Notes: generated from the sequence alone by a model not told the origin. Shown: positions 9,261 through 18,378, counted from the stretch's first letter. The stretch: 64,000 bases of DNA from an uncultured Gemmatimonadota bacterium (GCA_902805735.1 CADCTW010000187.1:2859-66858); one strand, 5' to 3'. Made by a program: numbers and translations.

Positions 9261-12200
9261 ATGATCAAACGCTGTTCGCAGATGGCGGCCGCGCTTTGTT
9301 TCGCGCTGCTGCTGGCGTTCGGCCAGACACGCGGCGCGAGCGCGCAGGGCGTGACGACCGGCGCCATCGGCGGAACCGTGACCAACGCGGCCGGGGCTCC
9401 GGTCGCCAACGCCACGGTCACCGTACGCAACACCGCGACCGGATTCAGCCGCAGCGCCCGCACCGACGCGTCGGGGCGCTACTTCGTACCCAACCTCCTC
9501 CCGGGTTCCGCGTACTCCGTGTCGGCGGCGATCCTGGGGCAGGCGCCGCAGCAGCGCGGCGGCCTGCGCGTGGTGCTCAGCCAGACCACCAGCGTGGACT
9601 TCCGCCTCACGGAGCAGGCGCTGGCGCTGGAAGGGCTCACCGTGCGCGCGGAGAGCAACCCGCAGCTCAGCCGCTCGCGCACCGGCGCGGCCACCGTGCT
9701 CAGCAGCGAGACGGTCACGGACATCCCGAAGCTCAACCGCAGCTTCAACGAGGTGGCCGCCGCGTCGCCGTACGTCAGCGTGACGCCGGGCTCGGGCCCG
9801 TCCATCGCCGGCGCCAACAACCGCTACAACAACATCCAGATCGACGGCGCCACCACCAGCGACGTCTTCGGCCTGGGGTCGTCCGGCACGCCGGGCGGGC
9901 AGGGCACGGCCGCCAAGCCGGTGCCCATCGACGCCATCGACCAGTTCCAGGTGCTGGTGACCCCGTTCGACGTGCGCCAGGCCGGCTTCACGGGCGGGCT
10001 CATCAACGCCGTCACCAAGAGCGGCACCAACCGCTTCCGCGGCAGCGGCTTCGCCAACTACCGCAACGAGTCGTTCACTCGCGGCGACACGCTGCGCGGG
10101 TTCGGGCGCAACTTCAATCCGCCCAACGAGTTCTTCACGCGCCAGTTCGGGCTCACGCTGGGCGGCCCCATCGTTCGCGACCGCCTGTTCTTCTTCGTGG
10201 CGGGCGAGTGGGAGCAGAGCGAGACGCCGAGCATCTTCAACAGCGGCAGCGACCCCTCCGTGATCCGCGTGCTCCCGCAGCGCGTGGACTCGGTGCTGGC
10301 CGCTTCGCAGCGCTTCGGCCTGAACGTGGGCAACGCCGAGACGCTGGTGGAGCAGGAGCGCCTGGGGTCGTTCCTGGGGCGCCTGGACTTCCGCATCAAC
10401 AGCGCGAACCGCCTCGTGTTCCGCTTCAACTCGACGCCCAAGTGGCGCGACGACGAAGGGGTTTCGCGCGGCGGGCAGAACTTCGACCTGTCGTCGTACA
10501 ACTTCTACTACCGGACGATGAACAACTCGTCCGTGGTGCAGCTCTTCTCGGACATCTCGCCGCGCCTCTCCAACGAGCTCCAGGTCAACTACCAGACGAT
10601 CCGCGACCGGCCCACGCCGGAGGTGCGCTTCTCGGCGATCGAGGTCAACACGCGTGACACGATCGCGGGGCGCGTAACGACGGGCCGCATCCGCTTTGGC
10701 GCCGAGACGAGCCGGCACGCCAACGAGCTGGACCAGGAGATCCTGCAGGTCACCAACAACCTGACCTTCGACGCGGGCGCGCACCGCCTCACGGCCGGCG
10801 CGAACGTGGAGTACTACGACTTCCGCAACCTGTTCCTGCAGGGCGCGCTGGGCACCTACCAGTTCGCCAGCCCCGCGACGTACGCGCAGGGCGTGCCGAG
10901 CAACTACACGGTCAACGTGCCGCTGCGCGACGACGTGGCGGCCGAGTTCAGCGTGATCCAGCCGGGCGGGTACCTGCAGGACGTGTGGTCGCCCACGGAG
11001 AACCTGGAGATCACGGCCGGGCTGCGCTTCGACATGCCGCGCTTCCTGGACAACCCCACGAGCAACCAGCAGTTCGCCACGGCCTTCGGGGTGGACAACG
11101 CGGAAATGCCGGAGAACGTGGTGCTCTTCTCGCCGCGCCTCGGGTTCAACTGGCAGAGCGGCGGCGACCGCACCCTGCAGGTGCGCGGCGGCGTGGGCGT
11201 CTTCACCGGCCGTCCGCCCTTCGTGTGGCTTTCCAACGCCTTCGGCAACACGGGGCGCGACTTCGTGACGCTCTCGTGCTCGGGCACCAACGTGCCGGCA
11301 TTCACGCCGAACGCGGCGCCCACGCGCTGCGCGGACCAGCGTGACCCGGCGCTCGCGGGTGCCCAGCTCGTCAACTACGTGCGTGACGACTTCAAGTACC
11401 CGCAGGAGCTGAAGGCGACGCTCGGCATGGACCGCGAGCTCTTCGCCGGCATCACGGCGACCGTGGAAGGCACGTGGAGCCGCGGCATCAACACGGTGGT
11501 GAGCCGCGAGATCAACATCAAGGGGCCCGTCGCCGACCTGCCGGCTTCGGCGGTGCAGGGGCTGGGGCCGCGCGAGATCTACGGCACGCCGCAGGTCAAC
11601 GACCGCTTCGCCTTCAACACGGTGCGCATCGATCCCGCCTTCCGCAACGTGGTGGAGCTGGGGAACGTGGAGAGCGGCAACACCTTCGTGGGCCTGGCGC
11701 AGCTCGCCCGCCGCTTCGGCCGCGACTACAACCTGCAGGCGGCGTACACCTTCACCCGCTCGCGCGACCCGATCAGCCTCACCTCCAGCGTCGCCACGTC
11801 CAACGTCGGCTTCCACGCCATCGGTGAGCGGATCAACGACTTCTCGCTGGCGCGCTCGGCCTTCGAGCGTCCGCACAAAGTGACGGTGGTGGGCACCGCC
11901 AACCTGTTCCGCAACTTCGGCGGGACGGAGGTCAGCGCGATCTACGTGGGCCAGAGCGGGCGTACCTACTCGTACGTCTACAACGGCGACATCAACGGCG
12001 ACGGCTACGAGTCGAACGCGCCGGGGCTGGGCGGGCGCAACAACGACCTCGTGTACGTGCCCAACGACGTTAACGAGATCGCCTTCCGCAGCGCGGACGA
12101 CCGCCGGCTCTTCAACGAGCTGGTGGAGATGGAGCCCTGCCTGCGCGGGAGCCGCGGCCAGATCCTGGAGCGCAACGCCTGCCGCGGTCCGTGGACGAAC

Positions 12201-12530
12201 CGCCTGGACGCCACCCTCCGCCAGGGGATCCCGGCGCGCCTGAGCGGCCGGAGCAACCTGAAGCTGGAGCTGAACGTCTTCAACCTCCCCAACCTCCTCA
12301 ACCGGCGGTGGGGGCTGCAGCAGGGCCCGGCCAACAACACGGTGAACCTGCTGGACCTGGACGGCCGCGTGGGCAACACCGCCAACGGCGCGCCGGTCTT
12401 CACCTACGCGGGCTTCACCTCCAACCAGACGGCGGGCGGCAACGCCACCTTCCGCTCGGCGGAGCGCCCGTACACCACCTTCTTCGAGTCGCGCTACCAG
12501 CTGCAGCTCGGCATCCGGGCAGACTTCTGA
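9261..12530 (+). CDS. Oar-like TonB-dependent outer-membrane receptor with carboxypeptidase-regulatory-like N domain
   Basis: Signal peptide, GAIGGTVT, NNIQIDGA, FTGGLINAVTKSGTNRF, FSPRLGFNW, C-terminal QLGIRADF. Confidence 0.9.
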   Translation: MIKRCSQMAAALCFALLLAFGQTRGASAQGVTTGAIGGTVTNAAGAPVANATVTVRNTATGFSRSARTDASGRYFVPNLLPGSAYSVSAAILGQAPQQRGGLRVVLSQTTSVDFRLTEQALALEGLTVRAESNPQLSRSRTGAATVLSSETVTDIPKLNRSFNEVAAASPYVSVTPGSGPSIAGANNRYNNIQIDGATTSDVFGLGSSGTPGGQGTAAKPVPIDAIDQFQVLVTPFDVRQAGFTGGLINAVTKSGTNRFRGSGFANYRNESFTRGDTLRGFGRNFNPPNEFFTRQFGLTLGGPIVRDRLFFFVAGEWEQSETPSIFNSGSDPSVIRVLPQRVDSVLAASQRFGLNVGNAETLVEQERLGSFLGRLDFRINSANRLVFRFNSTPKWRDDEGVSRGGQNFDLSSYNFYYRTMNNSSVVQLFSDISPRLSNELQVNYQTIRDRPTPEVRFSAIEVNTRDTIAGRVTTGRIRFGAETSRHANELDQEILQVTNNLTFDAGAHRLTAGANVEYYDFRNLFLQGALGTYQFASPATYAQGVPSNYTVNVPLRDDVAAEFSVIQPGGYLQDVWSPTENLEITAGLRFDMPRFLDNPTSNQQFATAFGVDNAEMPENVVLFSPRLGFNWQSGGDRTLQVRGGVGVFTGRPPFVWLSNAFGNTGRDFVTLSCSGTNVPAFTPNAAPTRCADQRDPALAGAQLVNYVRDDFKYPQELKATLGMDRELFAGITATVEGTWSRGINTVVSREINIKGPVADLPASAVQGLGPREIYGTPQVNDRFAFNTVRIDPAFRNVVELGNVESGNTFVGLAQLARRFGRDYNLQAAYTFTRSRDPISLTSSVATSNVGFHAIGERINDFSLARSAFERPHKVTVVGTANLFRNFGGTEVSAIYVGQSGRTYSYVYNGDINGDGYESNAPGLGGRNNDLVYVPNDVNEIAFRSADDRRLFNELVEMEPCLRGSRGQILERNACRGPWTNRLDATLRQGIPARLSGRSNLKLELNVFNLPNLLNRRWGLQQGPANNTVNLLDLDGRVGNTANGAPVFTYAGFTSNQTAGGNATFRSAERPYTTFFESRYQLQLGIRADF

Positions 12531-12553
12531 CCGGCCGAAGGCGGTAGGCAGTG

Positions 12554-12590
12554 AAAAGGGCGGGACGGCGCGAGCCGTCCCGCCCTTCTT
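12554..12590 (+). terminator. Intrinsic terminator hairpin after the TBDR gene
   Basis: AAAAGGGCGGGACGGC-GCGA-GCCGTCCCGCCCTTCTT. Confidence 0.75.
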
Positions 12591-12600
12591 CAAACAGCAG

Positions 12601-12629
12601 GGCTCACACAGAGGCACAGAGACACGGAG
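12601..12629. repeat. CACAGAG repeat, half element directly before udk
   Basis: GGCTCACACAGAGGCACAGAGACACGGAG; its GGAG end sits at the RBS position. Confidence 0.85.
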
Positions 12630-12632
12630 CTG

Positions 12633-13283
12633 ATGAAACCGTTCCTGATCGGGATCGCCGGGGGCACCGGCTCCGGGAAGACCACCGTGGCGCGCCGCAT
12701 CTACCAGTCGCTTCACCTGGACTCGGCGGTGTTCATCGACTACGACGCCTACTATCGCGACCTGGCGCACCTCTCGGTGGAGGAGCGGCAGCGGATGAAC
12801 TTCGACCACCCCGACTCGCTGGACAACGAGCTCCTCATCGAGCACCTGGAGCGGCTGGTGGCGGGGGAGGCGGTGGAGAAGCCCGTGTACGACTTCACGC
12901 GCCACACGCGCGCCGCGGAGTCGGTCCGCATCCAGCCGCGCCACGTGATCCTGGTGGACGGCATCCTGCTGTTCGCGGACGCGCGGCTGCGCGACATGTT
13001 CGACCTGAAGATCTTCGTGGACACGGAGGCGGACGTGCGCTTCATCCGCCGGCTGCGCCGCGACATCGAGACGCGCGGGCGCACGCTGGAGGCGGTGATC
13101 GAGCAGTACCTGGGCACGGTGAGGCCCATGCACTTCGAGTTCGTGGAGCCCACCAAGCGCTACGCCGACGTCATCCTCCCCCGCGGCGGGCAGAACACGG
13201 CGGGGATCGAGGTGATCGCCGCGCGCATCCGCGAGCGCCTGGCGGAGAAGGCGCGCGCCGAGGCCGCGGCGACGGCGGTGTGA
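12633..13283 (+). CDS. udk: Uridine kinase
   Basis: IGIAGGTGSGKTT, DAYYRD, NFDHPDS, RRLRRDIETRGR, VRPMHFEFVEPTKRYAD. Confidence 0.95.
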   Translation: MKPFLIGIAGGTGSGKTTVARRIYQSLHLDSAVFIDYDAYYRDLAHLSVEERQRMNFDHPDSLDNELLIEHLERLVAGEAVEKPVYDFTRHTRAAESVRIQPRHVILVDGILLFADARLRDMFDLKIFVDTEADVRFIRRLRRDIETRGRTLEAVIEQYLGTVRPMHFEFVEPTKRYADVILPRGGQNTAGIEVIAARIRERLAEKARAEAAATAV

Positions 13284-13330
13284 GGGTGGCGGGCCGGCGC
13301 GCGCGCGACTGCTCCCGTAGCAGTGGGCGC

Positions 13331-13360
13331 TTGACCCGGCCGCCGCGATGCCGGTATACT
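13331..13360 (+). promoter_or_regulatory. Candidate sigma70 promoter
   Basis: TTGACC-N18-TATACT upstream of the 13431 ORF. Confidence 0.55.
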
Positions 13361-13430
13361 CCCTCCAAACCCTGTACGACCCCCGCGATCCCGGAGGAGC
13401 ACACCGAGCGCGATCCACGGACCGAATGAG

Positions 13431-13937
13431 GTGCTGATGCTGCGTGCACCCCCGGTTCTGCTCCTGCTCCTGACGCTCTTCGGGCTGGGGATCCCCTGCG
13501 CCGCGCGGGCGCAGGACCCCGACGAACGGGCCCCGGTCGTGCCCTCCAGGGGGTACCGGCTGGAGCAGAACTATCCCAATCCGCCGAACCCGGATACGTA
13601 CATACCGTTTTATCTGGAGGAAAGCCTTTTCAGGGATGGCGAGCCCCGGGTCGTCACCATCCGAATCGTGAACATGTTTCGTCAGCTTATCGCCGTCCCC
13701 AGGGCGGTCGGGCATCCCCGCGGGAAGAACGTCCGCGTGCAGGGGCTTCGCTACACGGAGCCGGGGCGGAAGGTCGCCTACTGGGATGGCCGCGACCTCA
13801 ACGGGAGGCGCGCCCCGTCGGGGCTCTACTACTGCGAGCTGATGGTGGGCGACCGGCGCGAGCCGGACCTGATCCGCATCATCGTCGCCGATCCGCGGAA
13901 GCGGCGCTTCATCCCGCCCATCTTCCGCAGGCAGTGA
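13431..13937 (+). CDS. Exported protein with a single FlgD-Ig / T9SS-CTD-like domain
   Basis: Signal peptide (ARA-Q), LEQNYPNPPNP, YWDGRDLNGRRAPSGLYY. Confidence 0.65.
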   Translation: MLMLRAPPVLLLLLTLFGLGIPCAARAQDPDERAPVVPSRGYRLEQNYPNPPNPDTYIPFYLEESLFRDGEPRVVTIRIVNMFRQLIAVPRAVGHPRGKNVRVQGLRYTEPGRKVAYWDGRDLNGRRAPSGLYYCELMVGDRREPDLIRIIVADPRKRRFIPPIFRRQ

Positions 13938-13943
13938 AAAGAG

Positions 13944-14014
13944 GGGTCACACAGAGACACAGAGGCACAGAGAAAAGCAATCTTTCTCTGTGCCTCTGTG
14001 TCTCTGTGTGATCC
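13944..14014. repeat. CACAGAG repeat, full hairpin between convergent genes
   Basis: TCACACAGAGACACAGAGGCACAGAGAAA-loop-TTTCTCTGTGCCTCTGTGTCTCTGTGTGA. Confidence 0.9.
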
Positions 14015-14023
14015 TGCTTTTTC

Positions 14024-14380
14024 TTAGTCGATCAGGTAGAGGAACCGGCCGCAGCTCTGGCACGAGCGGATCTCCTCGTTCCGGTCCGCGTCGGAGGCCA
14101 GGGCGGTGGGGATCTGGACGAAGCAGCCGTAGCAGGTGCCGCGGATCACGGGCACCACCACGCGCGTCTGCCGGGCGGCCACGCGCCGGTAGCGCGTGCG
14201 CACCTGCACGGGGAGCGACTCCTCCATCTCCGCGATCTTGTCGTCGAGCATGCGGAGCGCGTCCTCGGTGCTCAGGCCGAACACGCCCTCCTGCACCTCG
14301 CGCGAGTTGTCCTCGCCGAGCTCGCGGCGCTGCGTCTTCAGGTCCTGGATCTCCAGGAGCGTTTCGAGCTGGGGGTGCAT
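14024..14380 (-). CDS. C4-type zinc-ribbon protein (short DUF164-like)
   Basis: LLEIQDL N-terminus, CYGC...CQSCGRFLY. Confidence 0.75.
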   Translation of the reverse strand: MHPQLETLLEIQDLKTQRRELGEDNSREVQEGVFGLSTEDALRMLDDKIAEMEESLPVQVRTRYRRVAARQTRVVVPVIRGTCYGCFVQIPTALASDADRNEEIRSCQSCGRFLYLID

Positions 14381-14401
14381 GTCAGTGGTACACTCCGCGC
14401 C

Positions 14402-14854
14402 TCAAACGCCCTTCTCCTGAAGGAGCGCGAGGAATTCCGAAGGATTGGTGAGCTGGTCGAGCCGGGCGGAAACGTCCGGCTCCTTGGAGAACTGCGCGAT
14501 CTTCCCCAGCACGGGGAGGTACTGGTTGGACACCTCCAGCGGCGGCGCCACGATCAAAAAGAAGTAGCGGGCCGCCTGGTCGTCGATCGCCCTGAAGTCC
14601 ACCCCGGAGGTCTTGCGGCCGAACGCCACCCGCAGCCGGTTGACCACCAGCGAGCGGCAGTGGGGGATGGCGATGCCCTTGCCGATCCCCGTGGAGCCCA
14701 GGTTTTCCCGCCGCTTCAGCATCTTGAAGAGGATCCCCTGCGACTTCTCGTCGACGCCGAGCAGGCCGATGAGCTCCTTGAGGATCTCATCCTTGCTCTC
14801 GCCTTTGAGGTCGAGCTGGATCGCGCCTTCATTGAAGAATTCGCGAAGTTCCAT
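14402..14854 (-). CDS. PTS IIA (fructose/Ntr-type) domain protein
   Basis: RENLGSTGIGKGIAIPHCR phospho-His motif, GVDFRAIDD. Confidence 0.88.
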   Translation of the reverse strand: MELREFFNEGAIQLDLKGESKDEILKELIGLLGVDEKSQGILFKMLKRRENLGSTGIGKGIAIPHCRSLVVNRLRVAFGRKTSGVDFRAIDDQAARYFFLIVAPPLEVSNQYLPVLGKIAQFSKEPDVSARLDQLTNPSEFLALLQEKGV

Positions 14855-14911
14855 ATCTGCAGTCCCGGTAGTTTTACGCGCGTCAGGTTTCAGGGTCCCG
14901 TAGGACGCCGG

Positions 14912-14940
14912 AATGTACACCGCCGTTGCATGAGTGTCAA
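14912..14940 (-). promoter_or_regulatory. Candidate sigma70 promoter for the PTS IIA/zinc-ribbon operon
   Basis: Minus strand TTGACA-N17-TACATT. Confidence 0.6.
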
Positions 14941-14992
14941 AATCAAAGACTTATATCTCGCGCGGAGGCCCGGGCGCACGGCGGGAAGCTCG

Positions 14993-16129
14993 CTACGGAC
15001 GCATGGCCTCGGGATCGATTCCATTGCGCAGGCACCACTCCGCGTAGGCGAAGGGCGAGATCTCGGACGGCTTGATCTCGCTGCGGCCGCCCCAGAAGAC
15101 GTTGGTGTAGCCCACGGAGATCCCGGCCTCTTCCAGGTGCCGGTCGATGGCGGCCTTGTGGGCGAGCACCGTCTCCTTCTCCGTGCCGTGCGCCACGCCC
15201 ATGATGTTGACGTCGCCGAACTCCGGGCCGCCCTCGCGCCAGTAGGCGTGCGTCATCACGTAGTGGCGCCCCACCTCGCGCCCCGCGTCGATCTCGCGGC
15301 CGGGGGACACCTGCCAGTGGAAGAGCGCGTTGTAGCGCGTCACCCGCTCGCCGGCGGCGTTGGGCTTGTAGTGCTCCAAAAAGGTGGAGAAGCGCCCGAT
15401 GACGCCGCGCCGGTTCAGCTCGCGCGCCACCTCGGTGAAGCGCTCCAGCGGCACCCCCGCCTCGGCCGCCCGCCCCACCCACGGGGTGTCCGTGATCTCG
15501 TCCGCCGCGAACTCGCGCTTGAGCGCCTCCAGGATGCGCCACTCCAGGCCGGAAAGCTCCACGATGTTGGTGTCCAGCACCTGCCCCAGGTCGTCGGAGC
15601 GCGCGCCCGGCTCCAGCCCGCGGCGGCGCACGTGCCCCACGCCCAGCGCGAACAGCCGGTGGGCGGGGAGGAGCTTGAAGGCGAGAGCCCCCGTGCGCTC
15701 CATCAGGAAGCGCGCGTGCTTCTCCATGGAGTAGCCCTGCGGCACCTTGAGCGTGGTCCACAGGCGGTAGCGGGAGCCCGGCGTCTCGCGGTCGGTGGAG
15801 CGGATGACCACGTGGCCGGAGAAGGGGTCTTCGCGGAACATGTACTCGAAGGCCGCGTCCAGCCGCTCCGGCGGCACCTCCCACGCGACCAGCGCGCCGG
15901 GGGCCAGGTTGGTGGCCATCAGCGTCTGCCGCACGCGGCGGATGGTGCCGGAGGCGAGCATCGCGCGGATGCGCTCCAGCACCGTCTCCGGCTCCACCCC
16001 GCTGAGGCGCGCGATCTCGCGGAACGGCTCGTCCTGGAATCCCTGCACCCGGTCTTCGGAGACCGCCAGGATGCGGGCGTTTACCGGGTCGGTGGTCTCC
16101 ACCGGCACGGTGCTGATGCTATCGGCCAT
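14993..16129 (-). CDS. Duplicated Lrp/AsnC-fold protein, probable fused AhbA/AhbB (NirDL-like) siroheme decarboxylase
   Basis: Two HTH+RAM halves (EPFREIARLSG...GTIRR; TPWVGRAAEAG...GVIGRF) with GHVVIR and THAYWR motifs. Confidence 0.65.
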   Translation of the reverse strand: MADSISTVPVETTDPVNARILAVSEDRVQGFQDEPFREIARLSGVEPETVLERIRAMLASGTIRRVRQTLMATNLAPGALVAWEVPPERLDAAFEYMFREDPFSGHVVIRSTDRETPGSRYRLWTTLKVPQGYSMEKHARFLMERTGALAFKLLPAHRLFALGVGHVRRRGLEPGARSDDLGQVLDTNIVELSGLEWRILEALKREFAADEITDTPWVGRAAEAGVPLERFTEVARELNRRGVIGRFSTFLEHYKPNAAGERVTRYNALFHWQVSPGREIDAGREVGRHYVMTHAYWREGGPEFGDVNIMGVAHGTEKETVLAHKAAIDRHLEEAGISVGYTNVFWGGRSEIKPSEISPFAYAEWCLRNGIDPEAMRP

Positions 16130-16156
16130 GGCTTCTCGTGCGTTGCATGTAACGGG

Positions 16157-16999
16157 TCAGCCCTCGCCCGCGGTGGGCGCGCCGACGCCCTGGTCGCCGC
16201 GCAGGGTCACCTTGTACACCTCGGGCGGCGCGTTGGGCTTCACCCGCACGGATTTGGCGGGGATCCCCACGTTGACGTGGTACGGGCGCACGTCCTTGGT
16301 GGCGACGGCAAGCGCGCCGACCATGGAGTGCTCCCCCACCTGCGTCCCCGCGAGCACGGTGGCGTGATAGGTGACGCGGACGCCCTCGCCGATCACGGTC
16401 TTGAGGTTGCTCACGTCGCGCTGGTCGACGATGGAGTGCGTGTGCGAGTAGATGTTCGCGAAGTCCGAGATCGACACGCCGTTCCCCAGCTCGATCCCGC
16501 CGCGGTCGTCCAGCAGCACGTTGCGGTGCACCACCACGTCGTCGCCCACCTCCAGGTTGTACCCGTAGGAGAACTCCACGAAGTGGAAGCACTTGAAGTT
16601 CTTCCCCACGCGCTTGAACAGGTACGGCGCCAGCGCCCGGCGGAAGGCTACGCCCAGGTGCACGTTGCCGCCCAGCGGGCTGCGGTCGAACATCTGCCAC
16701 ATCCACAGCAGCGGCTTGCGCTCGGCGAACTTCTCCACGTCCACTTCGGCGTAGTACTCGGGCTCCAGCGTCACGTTACGCGCGTCCATCTGCGCGAGAG
16801 CCGCCTGCACGGCGAGCGGAAGATCGCCCGGGTTCCGCCCGAGCATCCCCGGGTAGAAGAGCCCGGTGAGCGTGTTGCGGCACAGCTCCCAGCGGTCGTC
16901 GCCGCGCGCGAGCGCCTCCTGCAGCTCGCCGAGCCAGCGGTCGTACAGCGAAGTCGCCTCCGCGGAAGGTTCGAGGTGCCGCAAGGGGTAGATGGGCAT
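16157..16999 (-). CDS. Hexapeptide-repeat (LbH) acyltransferase
   Basis: YGYNLEVGDDVVVH, IELGNGVSIS, VGEHSMVGALAVATKDV, GIPAK. Confidence 0.8.
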   Translation of the reverse strand: MPIYPLRHLEPSAEATSLYDRWLGELQEALARGDDRWELCRNTLTGLFYPGMLGRNPGDLPLAVQAALAQMDARNVTLEPEYYAEVDVEKFAERKPLLWMWQMFDRSPLGGNVHLGVAFRRALAPYLFKRVGKNFKCFHFVEFSYGYNLEVGDDVVVHRNVLLDDRGGIELGNGVSISDFANIYSHTHSIVDQRDVSNLKTVIGEGVRVTYHATVLAGTQVGEHSMVGALAVATKDVRPYHVNVGIPAKSVRVKPNAPPEVYKVTLRGDQGVGAPTAGEG

Positions 17000-17134
17000 G
17001 GCAGCGTGCTTTTCGGGTGGCGTGCGTGTGCTCGGCGGGAAAGGTAGGCGGCGCGGCCGGTGGGGGCAAACAGCAGGGGCGGCGGAGCTACGACTTCGAA
17101 GGGGCGAGTGGAGATCTTCGCCGGCGCCCGCGGT

Positions 17135-17527
17135 GGCCCTCACCCCCGACCCCCTCTCCCGATAACGGGAGAGGGGGCGATTCCCACACGGTGGTGCGAC
17201 GAAGCGGCCCCTGCCCCGCCGCGGCCCCTCTGATGCGGAGCGCGGCTGGATGGCTGGAATGCGCCCCCTCCCATTGCGCGCGAAACGGGACAGGGGGCGA
17301 TTCCCACACGTCCACGCGTCTGAGCGGCGGGCGGCGCCGCGGTTCAGAACAAGCCCGAGTTGCCCGTGGACACCGAGGATGCGCCCCCTCCCCCAGCAGT
17401 TTGGCGGAGGCGGACGGGGGGTGAGGGCCGCAGCGCCCCCAGCACCTGCTCGCCGCCCGCGAAGTAGTCCCCTCTCCCACGCAGTCTGTGGGAGAGGGTG
17501 GCGGCTCTCAGGCCGCCGGGTGAGGGC
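17135..17527. repeat. Composite CCCTCACC/CTCTCCC-GGGAGAG REP-like array (4 hairpins, 3 linkers)
   Basis: TIR GGCCCTCACCCCC...GGGGGTGAGGGCC (17135-17429) plus an extra arm to 17527. Linkers are homologous to the elements at 21.1, 38.4 and 53.6 kb. Confidence 0.85.
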
Positions 17528-18237
17528 AGCGGAATCCGGACGAGCAGCGCGTTGGGCAGCACCAGCACGCGGGCGCCGTCCGGGTGCGGGCGGCGGCGGT
17601 GGAGGAGGCGCAGGGTGGCGCGGCTCACGCCGTAGCCCACCAGCGCGCCGCCGGTGACGTCGCTCGTCCAGTGCTTGTCGTCGTAGATGCGCGACCAGCC
17701 GACCAGGGTGGCGCCGCCAAACGCGAGGGCGGTGACCCACGGGCGGCCCGCTTCCTCGGAGAGGGAGGTGGCGAGGGAGAAGGCGACGACGGCGTGGCCC
17801 GAGGGGAAGGCCTGCCAGCGGTTGTTCGGGTTGAAGGGGCGGAAGCTGAGCGGGTCGTCCGTGGCCGAGGGGCGCTCGCGGCCGACGGCGTACTTGAGCG
17901 TGCCGTTGGCGACGCCGGAGGCCAGGAGGGCGGCCAGCATGTGCGCGGCGGAGGAGGAGAGCTCCGGCGCGTCGGCCAGGCGGCCGCCGGCGTAGGCGCC
18001 GCCCAGCGCCACGACGGCGTAGACCGGGCGCCCGCCGTGGTTGAGCCCGCGCGTGGCCCAGTCCAGCCGCGTGCCGCCGCCCGCGGGGATCGCGCGGTCC
18101 ACCGGGGCGTCCAGGAGCGCGGCACCCGCCAGCACGGCTCCGGCGACGATCAACGGCTCGGCGCGGCGGGGGAGCTGCGCGGCGGATGGGCGCGGGGCGG
18201 CGGCGCAGAGGGCGAGGGCGAGGAAGAGGAGGCGCAT
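17344..18237 (-). CDS. PAP2-family phosphatase, with a C-terminal tail read through the repeat
   Basis: KYAVGRERP, FPSGH, SRIYDDKHWTSDV. The last roughly 60 codons are repeat-derived. Confidence 0.8.
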   Translation of the reverse strand: MRLLFLALALCAAAPRPSAAQLPRRAEPLIVAGAVLAGAALLDAPVDRAIPAGGGTRLDWATRGLNHGGRPVYAVVALGGAYAGGRLADAPELSSSAAHMLAALLASGVANGTLKYAVGRERPSATDDPLSFRPFNPNNRWQAFPSGHAVVAFSLATSLSEEAGRPWVTALAFGGATLVGWSRIYDDKHWTSDVTGGALVGYGVSRATLRLLHRRRPHPDGARVLVLPNALLVRIPLPSPGGLRAATLSHRLRGRGDYFAGGEQVLGALRPSPPVRLRQTAGGGGASSVSTGNSGLF

Positions 18238-18363
18238 CGTCGCGGTTGCGTGGGGGGCACGGGGGGCGCGGCAAGGTAGGCGCGGGGGCGGGCGCGGGCA
18301 AACGCGCCGCCGAAACCGGGGGCGCGGCGGGCACGTACGCCCTGGCACGCCGCCGGTGCTCAC

Positions 18364-18378
18364 CGGCACGGAAATCGC
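18364..18378 (+). promoter_or_regulatory. Candidate sigma54 (-24/-12) promoter
   Basis: CGGCACG-GAAA-TCGC with exact GG-N10-GC spacing, 40 nt before ATG 18419. Confidence 0.4.

Noticed and set aside
7644-13715. 2023-aa minus-strand ORF, and similar long antisense or alternate-frame ORFs over smc, mutS, lon and glnS
   Set aside because: These are shadow ORFs of high-GC coding DNA. They are Arg/Gly/Ala-rich with no motifs and fully overlap well-supported genes.
17135-17527. Repeat-spacer pattern read as a CRISPR array
   Set aside because: The repeats are imperfect and partly inverted, the linkers are long and recur elsewhere, and there are no cas genes. It is treated as REP/BIME-like.
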